A DNA stretch of 64,000 nucleotides from Vicugna vicugna (taxonomy: Eukaryota): assembly GCA_013265495.1 (NCBI GenBank), contig MU058636.1, positions 6,111,741-6,175,740 on the forward strand, in the 5' to 3' direction. The notes below the pieces were generated by a model. It had not been told where the DNA came from. It was given only the letters and a program-made list of their open reading frames with translations, and searched no databases. Below are positions 24,043 through 37,899 of this stretch, piece by piece (position 1 is the stretch's first letter; each line of letters opens with the position of its first letter). Made by a program: the position numbers and the translations under genes.

Positions 24043-25793
24043 ACTTAAAACAAATTTTATATTCTCATTGCAGTTGACTTGCTGTGGGTGCAGTAAGATG
24101 ATGTGCCCTCGTGTGCACTGAACAACATGCTGAATGTCCTGACCTGATGTCAAAATCACGTAAGGTGCACGATTGTGTTTTCAGGATGAATAGGTCTGAG
24201 AAGCAGCAAGGCTTGCTTTTTCTTTTTCTTGTTCTCGCTTTGATACCCGTTGATGTGTTGGTAGCTTTCAAGGTCACATACATGGGCCAAGGTATTGCTA
24301 CAATATGAAGAAATCATAGGTGGTAGGTAACCGGGCATTAGAAGATGCTGGCAAATTAAGACCAGGTGGTCCCAACAGATAAATTGGCTTGCACCTGGAA
24401 GAGGCGCTGAGAGGACGGAGGGAAGTGGCCAGATTTATTAAGTATAGCAAGATGTTTGAAAGGGTAACCTAGAATAGCACCACCTGTAAACGATAATTCA
24501 CATGCACCCTTAATTTGTGGATCTGATTGTGTAGTTTGTGATATTTTATTTTCTCTTTTGTTTCTTTTTTCTGGAAAGCAATCTTTACTTGCTGAAGGAG
24601 CCCCTGCAGACTTAAATGGTGATGCATTAATTTGGTTACTTCAGCGTCACGCAAAATGAAAGCAATCACCCTACTCTTCCCCTGTTCCATCCAAATGTAA
24701 CTGTTAAGTCGTGGAATTAGCAAACAGAAGTAACTGGATTAAGGAATGTAAAGAATGCACTGTTTCGTTTACCATACTTCAGTATCTGTGTTTTTAAAGA
24801 ACTCAAATGAAATTCTAAAATTAAATGTCCTTTTAAACTCATCTTTTTGCCTCTCCACTCAATTTTATTTGCTGGGTTAAAAAAAAAAAGCACTTCTGTG
24901 CTAAGGACAATAAAGTAGAGATAATGTGCAAATTTCCTTCTTTCAGGGGATGTGAATGGATGAAGATATGTTTCTAATTTTCGGAATAAATGTGTTTCTT
25001 TTCCAAGACTCTCAGTAGTTACAAACCTTGCAACTTTGCTTAGAGAAGATATTCAGGGCAAAAATATTTCTATGAGATTCACGGAAGAGAAAATGATGAA
25101 TCATCTCAATTCTAATGTGGCAATGATTTTTCTCTAGCTTTCCTTGCACTGCGAAGAGAGCTCTCCCCCGGCTGCTCACTGTATTTTATCTTGGGTTTAA
25201 AAGAATAGAAAGGATGCTGCTATTTATTCCTCAAAATAGTACTTTTGCATCCACACCTCCCTCTCTCCCTCACAGAATTTCAGCCTGGCCTGAAATGAAG
25301 GTCACATCAAGAACCAAAGTTACTTCAGTTCTAAGGTGGATAATCACATCAGTTATTTCAGCAATGAAGAAGTTCTGCGTGAAATCGTGCGCTTGTACCT
25401 TGTTCTGGAGAGGAAACCTGGTAGTTGTTGTCAGGTGTTTGGGAGATGTTTTATTGCTGTCTTGAGAGAATTCATATCTTCAGATCTTGCTGTCTTAAAA
25501 TCTTTAGCTAATGAATAAAAATGTAATGATGTTAAATCACTTAACACTAACAAAACAAAAAAAGAAGACTCCCCACAGAAGATACAGGGAGTTATTTGAT
25601 GTAGATCCTGACAACTAGGTAAAAATCTAAAGTCCGTGACTGGAACGTGGGCCACATGGAGCTATTGACCCTGGTTTCCTTGTTTTCATGTAGACGAGTT
25701 CACCCAGGCTACCAGAACAATCAAATCCTGGGCAGACTTAATTAAATTAGTATTTGAAGACATTTATTAAACATCTACTCTGCCCAAGAAATA

Positions 25794-26259
25794 CAGTGGT
25801 TCCCCTTATCCGTGGGGCATATGTTCCAAGACCCCCAGTGGATGCCTGGAACCACAGATGGTACCAACTCCTATATATTCTGTTTTTTTCCTATGCATGC
25901 ATACCTATGATACAGTTTAATTTCTAAATTAGGGTCAGTAAGAGGATATCTGAATTGCCAGCATCACTATTCTTGCTCTTTGGGGTCATCATGAAGTAAA
26001 ATAAGGCTTACTTGAACACAAGTGCCACACTCTGATAACCCAGATGGTTGCTAAGCAACTAGTGGGCAGGATGCTCTGGACAAAGGGATGGTTTACATCC
26101 AGGTAGGATGGAGCAGGATGGTGGGAGGTCACATCATGCTGCTCACAGAGCATATGAATTGTTTATCTCTGGAATTTTCCATTTAGTGTTTCTGGACCAC
26201 AGTTGACTGCAAGTAACAGAAACTTCAGCAAGTGAAGCCGCAGAGAAGGGGGTCGATTG
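25794..26259. mobile_element. TcMar-Tigger MITE (MER44-like) with both TIRs and TA TSD
   Basis: TA|CAGTGGTTCCCCTTATCCGTGG ... CCGCAGAGAAGGGGGTCGATTG|TA. Confidence 0.9.
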
Positions 26260-26284
26260 TACTTCTCATTATATGAGAAACGCT

Positions 26285-26740
26285 ATGCAGCCTTCTTGCT
26301 GTGACCTACAAGGACTGAGATGTATGCTGCCTGCCAAATTTTATCTCTGAATCTTTCAGTTGCTCTGTTGCAGTCACGTGATCTCTGTCCTTAAATACAG
26401 ACCAAGTCTTTTCCCACTTCAGAATATTCCTACTTGCTGCTTCTTTGCCTGGAACCCCTTCTTCCCAGTCTTCACGTGGTTGACTTATCATTTAGATTCA
26501 GCTTAAAACAACTTTCCAGAGTGCTCTTCCCTGGCCAAGGGAACAGGACTCCCCTCTCCCCTCTGCAGTCATTCTTTATTCCTTTCTTCTGTTTCATTTT
26601 CTTCTTGTGAGTTGTAACTATTTAAAATAGTCTAGTTTACTTCCTTATTTGTACATTGTTTGTTTCCAAAGTAAGATGAAAGGTCCAAAAAAGGATGGAT
26701 CTTATGTGTCCCATTCACTAGGCATCTAGGACTATGTCTC
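26285..26740 (+). mobile_element. L2 LINE 3' region
   Basis: 'cttgctgcttctttgcctggaacccctt...tcatttagattcagcttaaa...ttccagagtgctcttccctggcca'. Confidence 0.7.
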
Positions 26741-27165
26741 CCTCGGAGTCTCCCTCCCTCTCAAAGAAACATGAAAAGATACGATTGAGCACTTATAAAT
26801 CTAGAACAAGAGATAAACATACATTTATTCTACAAAGTGGAAAGGTGAACGTCGTGCAACAGAATAAAAATGTCAATGGGGATTCCTGTGAGGAAGTAAT
26901 TTCCAACTGTGGCATCAGCGTCTTCACCAAAAACGGGCAGATTTCAACTGTGCCATGAAATGGATATATTTTTACATACAGATAGGAGGGAAGGCAGGTC
27001 TAAGTCTTTTCAGATAAGCTACAGTAGGAGAGAAACCAAGATTAGAGGAAACAAGTGAGCCCATTCAGGGAAGAGAAGATACCTGAGTTGTGCGTTGAGT
27101 AGGTGACTTCACATGGAAGCAGAAATGTCTTACATCTGGGTTCTGACATTCCACATCTGGGTTAC

Positions 27166-27571
27166 TATTATGGGCTGAATTGTGTCCCCCCAAGTTCATA
27201 TGTTGAAGCCCTTAACCCCCAGTACCTCAGGATGTGACTGCATGTGGAGACAGAGCCTTTAAAGAGGCAATCAAGTTCAAATGGAATCATTGGAGTGGAC
27301 TCTAATCCAGTATGTTTGGTGTCCTTGTAAAAAGAGATTAGAACACAGAGAGGCACCAGACATGTCCAGAGCAGAAGAAAGACTGTGTGGGGACCCAGCA
27401 AGGAGGCACGATCTGTAAGCCAAGGGGAGAGGCCTCAGGAGAAACCAAACCTGCTGGTAGACACCTTGATCTGGGACTTCCAGCCTCTAGAACTGTGAGA
27501 AGATAAATGTCGGTTATTTAAGTCACCCAGTTGTTGGTATTTGAATATGGAAGCCCTAGCAAACTAATACC
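27166..27571 (+). mobile_element. MaLR solo LTR (MLT1A/B-like), inserted in a MIR
   Basis: 'tattatgggctgaattgtgtcccccc...gccctagcaaactaatac'; 5-bp TSD GTTAC/ATTAC. Confidence 0.92.
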
Positions 27572-28129
27572 ATTACCTTGAGAATTTTAACCTTTTTGTG
27601 TTATGTTGTCTGCAAAATGATAACACCACGGAGCTAGTAAAAGAATCAAATGAGATATAAGTCATTAAAGTTCTTTTTAAAATAGAAAAAATTAAGAGCC
27701 AGAAGATAGCTTCAAAATAGTCACCGTGGCTAGTGTTAGTTTCTCTTGCTTCTTTCTGTTGATTTCAGTAATACCAAGAACTAGGGGTCTGTCTAGTTTA
27801 ATACACTCGTAACACAGTTGGCAACCCCAAGGCTTTCCCCGGAAGGAAATATCCTATCTGTCCAAGGGAAAGTCTGGAGAAGTCGGAAGGAAAAACACAC
27901 TCTTTGTTCTGTGCTGTGTTTCTGCTCCAACATCTTCCATAACTGCAGACTCAGGTTTGGCCTGAAATCACAGGATTGCGTCTCTTGCTGTCCCTCTCAC
28001 CACGCTGTGAGCTCCTTCAGGACTGGGGCTGGAGTCAAGCCTCCAGCATCCGTGCCCTCCATCAGTGGTTGAGTGAGTGTCACTGTAATTTTTTGCATTG
28101 CCTTCTCTGACCATTTATTATCACAAGAG

Positions 28130-28340
28130 CTAGTGTACTGAGGAAGAATTGGAGTCAAACTCATGCCTGAGTTCAGGACTCAAACTTGTCCAGTACTGTG
28201 ACCTTGTCTATTTGCAGATCTTGTTGGATACCTGGTTTTTTCCCTTGGCAGTTTGAGATGGTAACAGCCACCTCATCATAGAGTTTAAAGATTAGAATAA
28301 ATGATACATGTAAGGTACCTACCACAACCCAGGTGATGTT
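28130..28340 (+). mobile_element. MIR SINE
   Basis: 'ttggagtcaaact...ctgtgaccttg...aaagattagaataaatgatacatgtaaggtacct'. Confidence 0.7.
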
Positions 28341-28879
28341 GGATTATCTACCACTGCTGTTTTTGGTTTTGTATCTGTCTGCTCATTGTACCAGTGTGGT
28401 CTGCTTCTGTGTCAGCTCTGCAAGGGCCAAGTCTATATTGTTTTGTTGTATCTGTACTATACCATGTGAAACCAGCACTCTTCATTGATTAGTTGATCTT
28501 TTTATCGAGCAAGATAGTAATAAGGACTACTGAGAGCTCGTTTCTCCTTGTAAATAAATCCGTGGGTAATCAGGAACTCAGAGCCTGTATGGTAAGAAAG
28601 CTTTCCTGGATCAAAGACACTTACCAGATTTATAATGGCAACCAATGCTTCTGCTTTTCTTTGTGGTTCTTTGATTCTTTATATATAATTTGAGTGAACT
28701 AAACCAGACAGCCAGATCACAGTGAATTTTGCTTAATTGCATGCAGCCTTTTCACTTATACGTTTTAGTCTGTTGAGACAATCCAGGGTACCTATTTGCT
28801 TATTCCTCTAATTAAGCAAATAGCCTAGAATGCTAGTCTCAAATGGTATTCTGTTTCTGCGGCAGTGACCTCTGTCCAA

Positions 28880-29120
28880 CCCCACGGCACATTCAGGCGC
28901 CCGCATTGTGCGTGGAAGCTGCGGCACTGTGCGTGCTCCGGGCTGTATTTCTGGACAGTCACGTCGCCCAGGAAGTCAGGCTCATTCATCATCCCCGCCA
29001 GGCGCTTGCAGGGCTGCTTGAACAGAAAAATATCCGGAAGCCGGCAGTGATGAAGCCACAGAAGAAAGTCAGGGGGAAGGGGCTGAGAGGAGGCGTGGGG
29101 CAGGATGTGCGGAAACAGGA
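28880..29120. promoter_or_regulatory. CpG-rich promoter/enhancer-like patch
   Basis: About 13 CpG in 28880-29045; ETS-like CAGGAAGT, CCGGAAG and CGGAAA; TGCG-rich motifs; GTCACGTC. Confidence 0.35.
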
Positions 29121-29239
29121 GTGCCTGAATGCCCAGGAGGCAAGGCTCCTGAGTCATCTGATTCTGATGAGATGGCTTCACAGCCACATATCTGGGCCTT
29201 CTGGATCCCCACGTATCTCAGGCTTTTTGAAACACAGAT

Positions 29240-29648
29240 TGTTGCAATAACGGTCCCCAGTTCGTTCACATCTCCCCACATCCATGCCCTTGGGTAATCC
29301 CTCCCACCCTGACTGAGCTGGACCATAGGATGGCAACAAATAGCACATAAGCAGAGACTTGACAAGTGCTCAGGCTTTGAGGCTTGCCCTCTTACTGCTC
29401 TTGGAACCCCAGGACTGTCATGTGCAAAAGCCTGCAATAAGCTACACACGGAGACAGGCCCTGGTCAACCCAGCTGTTCCATCCAAGGCCACTGTAAACT
29501 AACCAGTCTCAGCTGTCCCATCAGACACATCAGCCAGATAAGAAGAGTCAAGCCTGGCCTGGACCAGAAGTGCCCAGCTTACCAGCCCAAAGTCCTGACC
29601 TGCACGAAGTCTGTGGATGGTTAGTTACACAGCAAAAGATAACTGATA
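29240..29648 (+). mobile_element. MaLR solo LTR (MLT1G/H-like)
   Basis: 'gcagagacttgacaagtgct...ggcttgccctcttactgctcttggaaccc' and terminal 'gttacacagcaaaagataactgata'. Confidence 0.8.
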
Positions 29649-31067
29649 ACTGCTCGACTGCTTGACTAATCTGCCCACGTCAGGACTAATTCCAATTCAG
29701 TGTTTCATGAGGGTTTTCAAGATGCCGTTTGAAAAATTCTGTTTTAAAATAAGGAAGCAGTTACAAATAGGGCAACCTAGTATATTATCATCATTTGATA
29801 AGGGCATTTTCCAGAATAGTCTCTCCCTGTGACTTTCAGAGGTATCTGTGAGGTGAGATGGGGGTGGGGAAAAGACTTAAAATAACAGTGCTAAAAGGAG
29901 GTGGCGTCACTCAAGCACAGCGGCATTTTGAAATCAGAGAATCTTGAAACACTACAGCTGAGTGGGTTGCAGATGTGATGCGATGGACACCGTCACTGTT
30001 GCAGGAAAATCAACCCCGACCCTCTTGTCTCTCGAATGTAGTGTTGAAAGGAACTCCACTTCAAATTCCTGGATCCTTTCTCAAGCTCCTAGTGTTTTAA
30101 GTTTGAGCTGCGGTGGTGAGTGTGGATAAAAGCAAGGAAGACATCATATTTGTTATTTACACTTTAGGATTCTTTCATTCAACTTATTCATCTGTTCAGC
30201 AAATATTTTGTGAGCCTCTGATCTCTGCCAGGTTCTGTGCTGCTTTGAAAAGGCTGCAGTAACTTCACAGGATGGGCAGAGAAACTAGCTGTTAGTTAGA
30301 AAACTGTTCACTGCTGCGGGCAAACAACTTCCCAGTCACCTCAACTTCCTAATTACCTAAAAGAAGGGCGTTGTGCACGTTTTCTGAAAGTCCTTCCTAG
30401 GGGGAGCTGCCGTAGGGAGAAGGAGACCCTGGAAATGGGTCTGGCCGAGGTCTTTTCCTCTGCCTGATAGAGGAAATAATAACCATGGTTTAGCGAGCAC
30501 TCACTGTGTGGCGTGGTGCCACATGTCCCAACTGGTCACCGAGGTACCCCTGGTCCAGGAAGCCCTGGGAGGGGCACACCCGCCAGGCAGTGCTGCAGGG
30601 AAGAGGCCCGTGTGGTGTGGCGTGACCTTAGAGAAAGATGACTGATGCCGTGAGCTATGGTTCCCAGGAAGCTGCCCCAGGTGTGTCTTCAGATGTCTAA
30701 ACAAATTTTCCATTATCCTCTGGGGCAGTCTGACCCTGAAGCCTAATTCAAAACAGCAGCATTTTTGTGCCTTTCAAAGCTTCGTGTGAGAATTACAAGT
30801 GTTGTTTTCCTTCCCGCGTAACATGACTTCAGAGACTTAGTCATGCTCTCCTAGAAGTGAGAAGGCTTTTCTACTTGTTGTTTGTTGGGGGGGGGATTCA
30901 TTTCATTAGTGTGTTTCACCATTTATATGTGTTAAATAGTTTCATCTGTACACATCAAAGGGTTCCTATAAAAATCATAAGGGAGCCATGTAGGGCCAGG
31001 AGACATCCCTTAAACATCCCTCCTTCTCTTATTTGAGAACAAAAGCCCCAGAAAAGCTTCCCTCCTC

Positions 31068-31647
31068 TGGTTAATTTTATGTGTCCCACTTGGCTGGGCC
31101 ACAAGGTGGCCACACATTTGCTCAAACGTTGTTTCGGTGCGTCTGTGAGTGTGTTTCCAGATGAGAGGAAGATTTCATCTGGTAGATGGAGCAGAGCAGG
31201 TCACCCTCCCTAATGTGGGCAGCCCTCAGCCCATCACTTGAAGACCTGAATGGGATCAAACGACTGAGTAAAGGGAGCTCCTCCTGTGTGACTGCTGAGC
31301 TGGGACACCGACCTTTTCCTGCCTTTGAACTCGAACTGAAACGTGGGCTCCCTTGGGTCTCGAGCCTGTCAGACTAGAAGACTAGAAGACTAGAACTATG
31401 AGAGCCCTGCCATGGCGGTCCGGGGTCTCCAGCTCGCTGACTGCGGGTCCTGGGACTTCTCAGCCTCCATGTAGTCATGTGAGCCAAGTTCTTATAACAA
31501 ATCTATATGACTATTTAATGCATATATGCATACATAATATAAATACATAGTTTATTTGTAATATATAATGCATAATCATGTGTATATCTGTACACACACA
31601 CACACATCCTGTTGGTTCTGTTTCTCTGAAGAACTCTGACCAATACG
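31068..31647 (+). mobile_element. ERVL solo LTR (MLT2B/D-like)
   Basis: 'tggttaattttatgtgtc..cttggctgggccaca...catcctgttggttctgtttctctgaagaactctgaccaatac'; internal (GACTAGAA)3 at 31372-31395. Confidence 0.92.
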
Positions 31648-32449
31648 CTCCTTCTCCTCAGAGGACTCTGACTTCTGAGCTCCCTCATCTCCCGGCCTCC
31701 TGCAGGTGTTCTGTTGCTCACACTTCTTTCTGCCCACTTCCTCGGACAACACACTTGGAACTTTCCCTTGCAGCCCATCCGGCCCTCATCTGCACGAGGG
31801 CACCCATAGCCACACAGCCAGGCCTGCTTCTCTATTTCTTCTGAGATCGTGACCTGGCTAGAGCCCAACGTCTTGCTGAGCCCAGGAGGGGAGGTTGCAT
31901 TGCCCAGCAGTGACTGGAAGGCTACAACAGGATTGAAGCTAAATCCCAGGGAACAGAGGCAGAGCCCAGAGTGAGTGATTCTGGTCCACATGCACTGCTG
32001 GGTCTACACCCCAGCAAAGGGAAACAAAAGTGCCCTCTGAACCGTGTACTAATTTCTCTAGAAAAACTCTTCTTTACGATTATTACAAGGGTACATAGTG
32101 TTGTATCTTAGCCACATAAGATTCTGAACAGATACAATTAAGATTAATGAAGCTTTAATGTCACATGTGAGCTGTATGTTTGAAGACAGGGCCATGGGAT
32201 TGACTGAACTTAAATTCTTGTCACCATGAATAGAAGTACTGATATATACTACATTCTGAAATATATATATTTAGCAGTTTACATTTTTATTATGGGTTCC
32301 CAAGCTAAAGCATTTCCTAGGAATAAGGGTCATTATGTCCAGTATATCCCCTTCCATGAGATGTCAGCCACCACGAGGAGGGCTTGGCAGTAATTATTCT
32401 CTCCCTGATCATCATCTGTATCTGTTATCAATGTCATTTTAGAATAACT

Positions 32450-32695
32450 TAAGTGGTATAAGCTTAAGCTAAGAAGTCATACTTCCTGGGTTAGAATCCC
32501 AGCTCTGTCTCTTAAGGACATGCAACAGTAGACAATGGCTGTACTCAAACTGAGTTTTCACCTGCACAAAATGTGGATGCAGATAAGACCTATGCCATTG
32601 TAAGGAGTGAACGAGATAAAGCACAAATGGGTTAGGAGAATGTCTGGCATGTGATAAACATTCAATAAATACTAGCTGCTATTTTCATCATTACT
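32450..32695 (+). mobile_element. MIR SINE, near full length
   Basis: 'cctgggttagaatcccagctctg...gaatgtctggcatgtgataaacattcaataaatactagctgctatt'. Confidence 0.85.
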
Positions 32696-32714
32696 GAAGT
32701 TTGTATTTGCACCA

Positions 32715-34880
32715 TGCTACAGTTTAATCCACTTACGTTTAATGTAATTATTGATATAATTGGTTTATTTGATTTCTATTGGTTTCATGTGTTCTTTGAT
32801 TCCCTCTCTTCTGCCTCCTTTTGGGTCAAACATTTTTTAGTAATCCATTTTGTCTGTTCTGTAGAATTTCTAAATCATACCCTTTGTGTTTATTGATTTT
32901 TAACTGCTTACTCTAGAGATGACAATATTCAACTTCAGCTTTTCACAGTCTGCTTTCAAATATTTAACCATTTCATAGACAATGCAGAATCTTACAACAT
33001 TTTAATTCATTTTCTCTCTGCTCTTTGTGCTTTTTGTTTTGTAATTTACTTTGTACATACTATAAAAATAAAGATACTTTATTTGTTTTGCTTTAAAGTT
33101 AATAGCCTCTTAAAAATACATATATGCATATGTAAAAGTGTGCTATGTGTATAAAATTTTAAAAATATTTTAGTAATTCTTATTTAATAATTTAAAAATT
33201 TTTTTATGGTTTTCTTCATAGTTACCCTTTTTAGTGCTCTGCATTTCTTAGTATATTTGGGAATTCTTTTGGTATCATTTTCCCTCTGCCTGAAAAACTA
33301 CCTTAGACATTTCTTTAGGGCAATTTTCTGGCAATGAATTCCACAGTTGTTTATATAAATGAAAATATATTTATTTTGACTTAATTTATAAATATAATTT
33401 CATTGATGTGGAATCTAGGTTGATAGTTTTTTTTTTTCAGTGTATGAGAGATATTCCACTATCATCAGGCCTTCCTTGTTTCTGAGAAATCAGTTCTAGG
33501 TCTTATTTTTGTTCCTTTGAAGGTGATGTGTCTTCTTTTTCTGATTGCTCTTAAGGTATTTTCTTAATCTTTGATTTCTAGCATTTTAACTATGAGGTAC
33601 CAAGGTGTGATTCTCTTTTTTTTTTTCACTTGGGGTTGTTCCCTGAAGTTCTTGGGTCTGTGGCTTATGTCTTTTATCAATCTGGGAAAATTCTTGGTCA
33701 TTATAGTCACCCCATTTTCTCGCTCATCTGCTTCTGGGACATAAATTCCATGTGTGATAAACCATTTGCTATTATCTCATATATCTCAGAAGCTTTCTTT
33801 TATTCTTTCTTCTTATTCTTTTATCTTTGTGTGTTTCAGTTTGGATGACTTCCATTCTCAAATTATTAAAATTTACCTTTGCATAACCAGTGTGTTATTA
33901 AGCCCATCAAATGAATTCTACATTTATGAGATATTTTTCTAACATTTTCATTAACTCTTTTCTTAAATACTTTCTCTCTGCTGAAATTCCTCTCAGTTCA
34001 TCATGTTCACTTTTTCCACTGCATCTTTTAATGTTTTTATTACAGTTACTTCAAAGACCTGTCTGATCATCGCAGCGCATCGGCCATCTCTGAGTCTGCT
34101 TCTAGTCACCATTTCCTCTTTTGACTATGATTCTCACCTTCTTGCTCCTATTTGTTTATTCTGATGTTTTTATTGAACGCCTAGCATTGTGTAGAAAGGA
34201 AAAACTGTAAAATGACATTTACCCCCAGAAAAAGAGCAGAAAGAAGTCTTGACAAGCTCCGAGTATATGTTAGGAGGGGGTTGTGCAAGGTGTTCAATCT
34301 GTGGTTAAGCCAAGTCTGGGTTCAACCAAAGCAGCTTTAGGTGAATGCAATTTATCACATTTTCAAATCTTTTGAAGACAGGATCAGGAGTCCCCTTCAG
34401 AGAGGCTTGGGGTCTGAGCGCCTCTCCCTCCCTTGCTGCCCTGCCCTCGCCTTTGGAAGGCCACTGCAGGCCACATAGCGAAGATCTGGAACGCCCAGGA
34501 CGCCTTTTCTCTTACTCAGCCCTGCCTGCCCTGCACCTTTGGCAAATAGCCCCATTCACCCAGTTGAGTGTGTGTTAAAACCTCACCTGTGGCTAGGACT
34601 CCTTAGAATTTCCACCTCGCTGCCAGCCGCCGTGCCGCCAGGGAAGGCGGGTTAGCACCCCGCCTGGCTGCCCCGCAGCCCCCTCTGTGAGGGCTGCTCC
34701 CCTTCTCATCGCTCCACCAACAAGGAAAGCAGCCGTGGGTCTCTCCTCCTCCAGAAAGAGTTTGTCACCTCATGGAATGTAGTTCGCTCAGATTCTTTTT
34801 TTTTTGTATTCAACCGTCTGGTGATTTTTAAAGCTTGGATTTTGTGCATTAACTGGCTTGTTCTAGCTGTTAGCCTAATT
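32715..34880 (-). mobile_element. Ancient L1 (L1ME/L1MD-type), region upstream of ORF2 (inter-ORF, ORF1, 5' UTR), heavily decayed
   Basis: T-rich plus strand with 'tttaatccacttacgtttaatgtaattattgatat', 'gtttctgagaaatcag', 'ggaaaattcttggtcattat', 'ctctctgctgaaattcc', 'ccatctctgagtctgcttct'. Confidence 0.75.
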
Positions 34881-35369
34881 TTTTTTTATACTCACAGTCT
34901 CCTGATAGATATAAGAATATTTCTCATATAAAAGACAAGGGCTTGCAAAACACTTTTTGAATGAAAAATGAATGAATGAGTGGATGAATACGCGAACAAA
35001 TGAGTGAACAGATGAATTAAGAAACGAGTACACGAGTTCCCCAAACCAAGGGTTTTGAAATGAAAAATGTGTTTCCAGTGTAACCTCTTCCCCTAAAATA
35101 CAAGCAAAGTGTCATGGAGAGTGCAAAGGTCACCCATCACCCTCTTACCCCCCAGGGCCAGCCTTTCAGTCAGACTCGTCCTGCCTGTTCCAGAGCCTTT
35201 GCCTGAAAGTTTGGTCTTCCCTCCAGGGCAAGCCCTGAGCACGTAATTAAGCATTGGAAGAGACACCTCAAATGCAGCATAAAAAAATACCATGTGGTCA
35301 ATCTTAGAACATTTATGCATTTATTTATGCAAATGTGTGCTTGTGAACTTGGGTCTTCTCTTTCTAATA

Positions 35370-35735
35370 TCCACCGGCAGCTCTGTAACGTAGCAGTTAT
35401 GATCCCCATTCCACAAGGAGGAAGGCGAGATTCAGAGGCGCCACACAGCTAGTAAGATGCGTGGCTGGGGCTTCTCTTTGCTCCTCTTGCTAAGCAATGA
35501 ATTCAAGTTATTCTAAGTTTAATTCCTTGCGTGTAGCTAACGCCACAAGTGTTTAAACAGACACTGTCCAGAGGCGCTTCAGAGCCAATCCTGTGAGATG
35601 ATCTGGACAAGTATTATCATTTTCTGTCAGAGAAGCAGAGGTTAAGGCCACACTTGATACTGAGTAACAAATTCCGCCCTGGACTTGAGAATTCTGAGCC
35701 TGAGTCAAGTGCTCCTTCCAACTCATCTCACTGCC
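35370..35735 (-). mobile_element. Two MIR fragments
   Basis: 'ttatgatccccattccacaaggaggaaggcgagattcagagg' and 'tattatcattttctgtcagagaagcagaggttaag'. Confidence 0.6.
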
Positions 35736-36599
35736 CCTGGTGTTCTCTTATTTAAAGCTTTGAATAGTGATAAAAAAATTGGTGAATCTACCCTACCACA
35801 AAACTCCAGTCTCTTCAACAAGGCAGTGGCAATGAATGCCCTTTTAATAAAACACTTTTCATAGCCTGGAACCATTCATCAGTGAAAAGTCTACGTCATG
35901 GCTGAAGTCAAGTAGCCAAAATGCAGGCTTTATTGTTAACACTATTCGGCTAAGGGAATCCGGTTTTGTTGAGGGGAAGCTTATTAACCTCAACATTTGC
36001 TTCCAAGAATTTGTTATTTTATCATGTGCAAGGTTAAAAAATGCCAAATGTCATATTAAGATGGCTGCAAGCAATTAGAATGCAAAGGTCACCATCTTAC
36101 TCAGATTTAGAGCATGGTTCCAGCATCCTCCTCTTCTGTTTCACTGGGACTTTTATTCAGCACTGAAAAAGCCATTCATTTTGTAAAGGTTAATTCGCAG
36201 CTCTGGATGTGATGAAGTGCTTTGCCTGTATCATATGCATTTTAACACTGCACCGGTGTCCATCAAACCCTCTTCCCTGTTCAGAGCTGGCCTCCCTCTG
36301 TCAGAGAGTGAAAATCTACCTCTCCTCTCCCGGCTCTGTCCTCCCGCAGGGCTCCACCAGCAATTACATCACATAGCTCAGTGTCACATAGCTTCCTAGT
36401 CAATGGTACACAGAATTGTTGCTTTTCATTTCATGAATTCATTTTCCTTTGAGCAGGTGCCTTTCAGATTCTCACAAGTAGTTAATAATTTGATATAAAG
36501 TAATTAGGTCCTGTCCATAAATTCTGGTAGGCAAAATAGTTCAAATTTTTTTTCTTCTTTTCTTTTTTTTTTAAACTGGACCATTTTTATTTTGTGCTT

Positions 36600-37390
36600 T
36601 GGTGTCCTGTTCCAACAGGGAGCAGAAACATCTCAGCCATTCCAGGGTCTCTCTCTCTTACTTGGCATTGCTCCTAGGTACCCAGGGTAGGACATCAGTG
36701 GTGCTAAAGTGACAGGGTAGGGAAGGCTGCCGGTCATTGTCCCCTATCATTACTGGCTGGTGACAAGATGTCTGCATTCTTACCCATTCCTCACACTCCA
36801 TCCATGTGGTCACTAGTAGTGCCTCCTGGCCCCCTTCAAGGCCCCTAGATGGCCACCAGCTCTCTGTGTCATATCCATGCTGTTCTTCGTTGTGACAATA
36901 ATGCTGCCCCTCACATCACACAAGGATTTGTTTAGGGTCTTCAAGGTCATCTTGGGATTACTGGCCCATGCTCAGCACATGGATATTCCTCCTGCCCCAG
37001 ACACCAGGGCTTAACACCTTACTGATATCATGTGAGCCCCTGAAGTATTCCACCCCTAGCATGGTCTGTCAAATGGACATTTACCATATTTCACTTGTCT
37101 GGCATCTAAACCTTGAGTTCAAGGAAATCCCCCACCGTGCGTACATTCCCTTACAGAAGGTGGAGATGGGTACCGCAGCCAGTACAAGAACGCACAGCCC
37201 AGCCTCAGCCCATCAGGTCCTGCAGTTCCTGCTGCCTGAAGTTGCTGGGTTTTGGCTAATTTTCCAGTATGTAATTCTCCAAGCTTCCCATGAATTATGT
37301 GAGCCACCTGTTAAATTTCTGATGCAGTCCTTTTTTTCTGTTTAAATGACCAGAATCAGTTTCTATTATTTATCTATAACACAAACCATT
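36600..37390. mobile_element. Probable old ERVL-class LTR/internal remnant
   Basis: 'cctttttttctgtttaaatgaccagaatcagtttctattattt' resembles the 3' end of LTR16/LTR33/MLT1-type LTRs; left boundary uncertain. Confidence 0.4.
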
Positions 37391-37899
37391 TTGGGCAGAT
37401 TGAAAGGTGCCTGCAGCATGAGATGCTGAGGCAGGTGGGCCTGAAATGGCCTCAGAAACCCCTCGCATGGCTGTTTGGGAGCAGTAGAATGTTTATGAAG
37501 CTGCACGTTCAGAGCAGATTATTGGCACACCTGAAGGGCCTCGCTGTTGGGACAAGGACCTGCTTAGGTTGATACCTGAAGATTGGACAAGAGTGAAGAC
37601 CCTCAGAGGTGGCCAGGGTGGAGCAGTGAGCACAGCTGAGAAGCAGTCACCCCTTCCCTGTCTCACTAGCACAGGCACTGCATCCTCCAGATGCCAACCC
37701 AGCGGCAAAGCTTGGTGGGAGACCTTGAAAGGATGTGGGCCGGAAATACGAATTCAGTTCAGTTATAACCTAATGATTAGGTCAGGTTTCTTGTGTACTT
37801 GAACTTGGTACTAAAAGACACATATAAGAGAAAGAGTAAAGCCAAGTCAATTCAGAGAGAAGAGACGCGTTAGTTTATATACACGAGCCTTTTGCGATT

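Noticed and set aside
26373..26382. GTCACGTGAT CLEAR-like E-box
   Set aside because: Isolated motif inside a decayed L2 with no supporting context
28825..29449. Overlapping 120-135 aa ORFs
   Set aside because: No recognisable domain or clear exon boundaries; partly inside an MLT1 LTR; GC content explains the open frames
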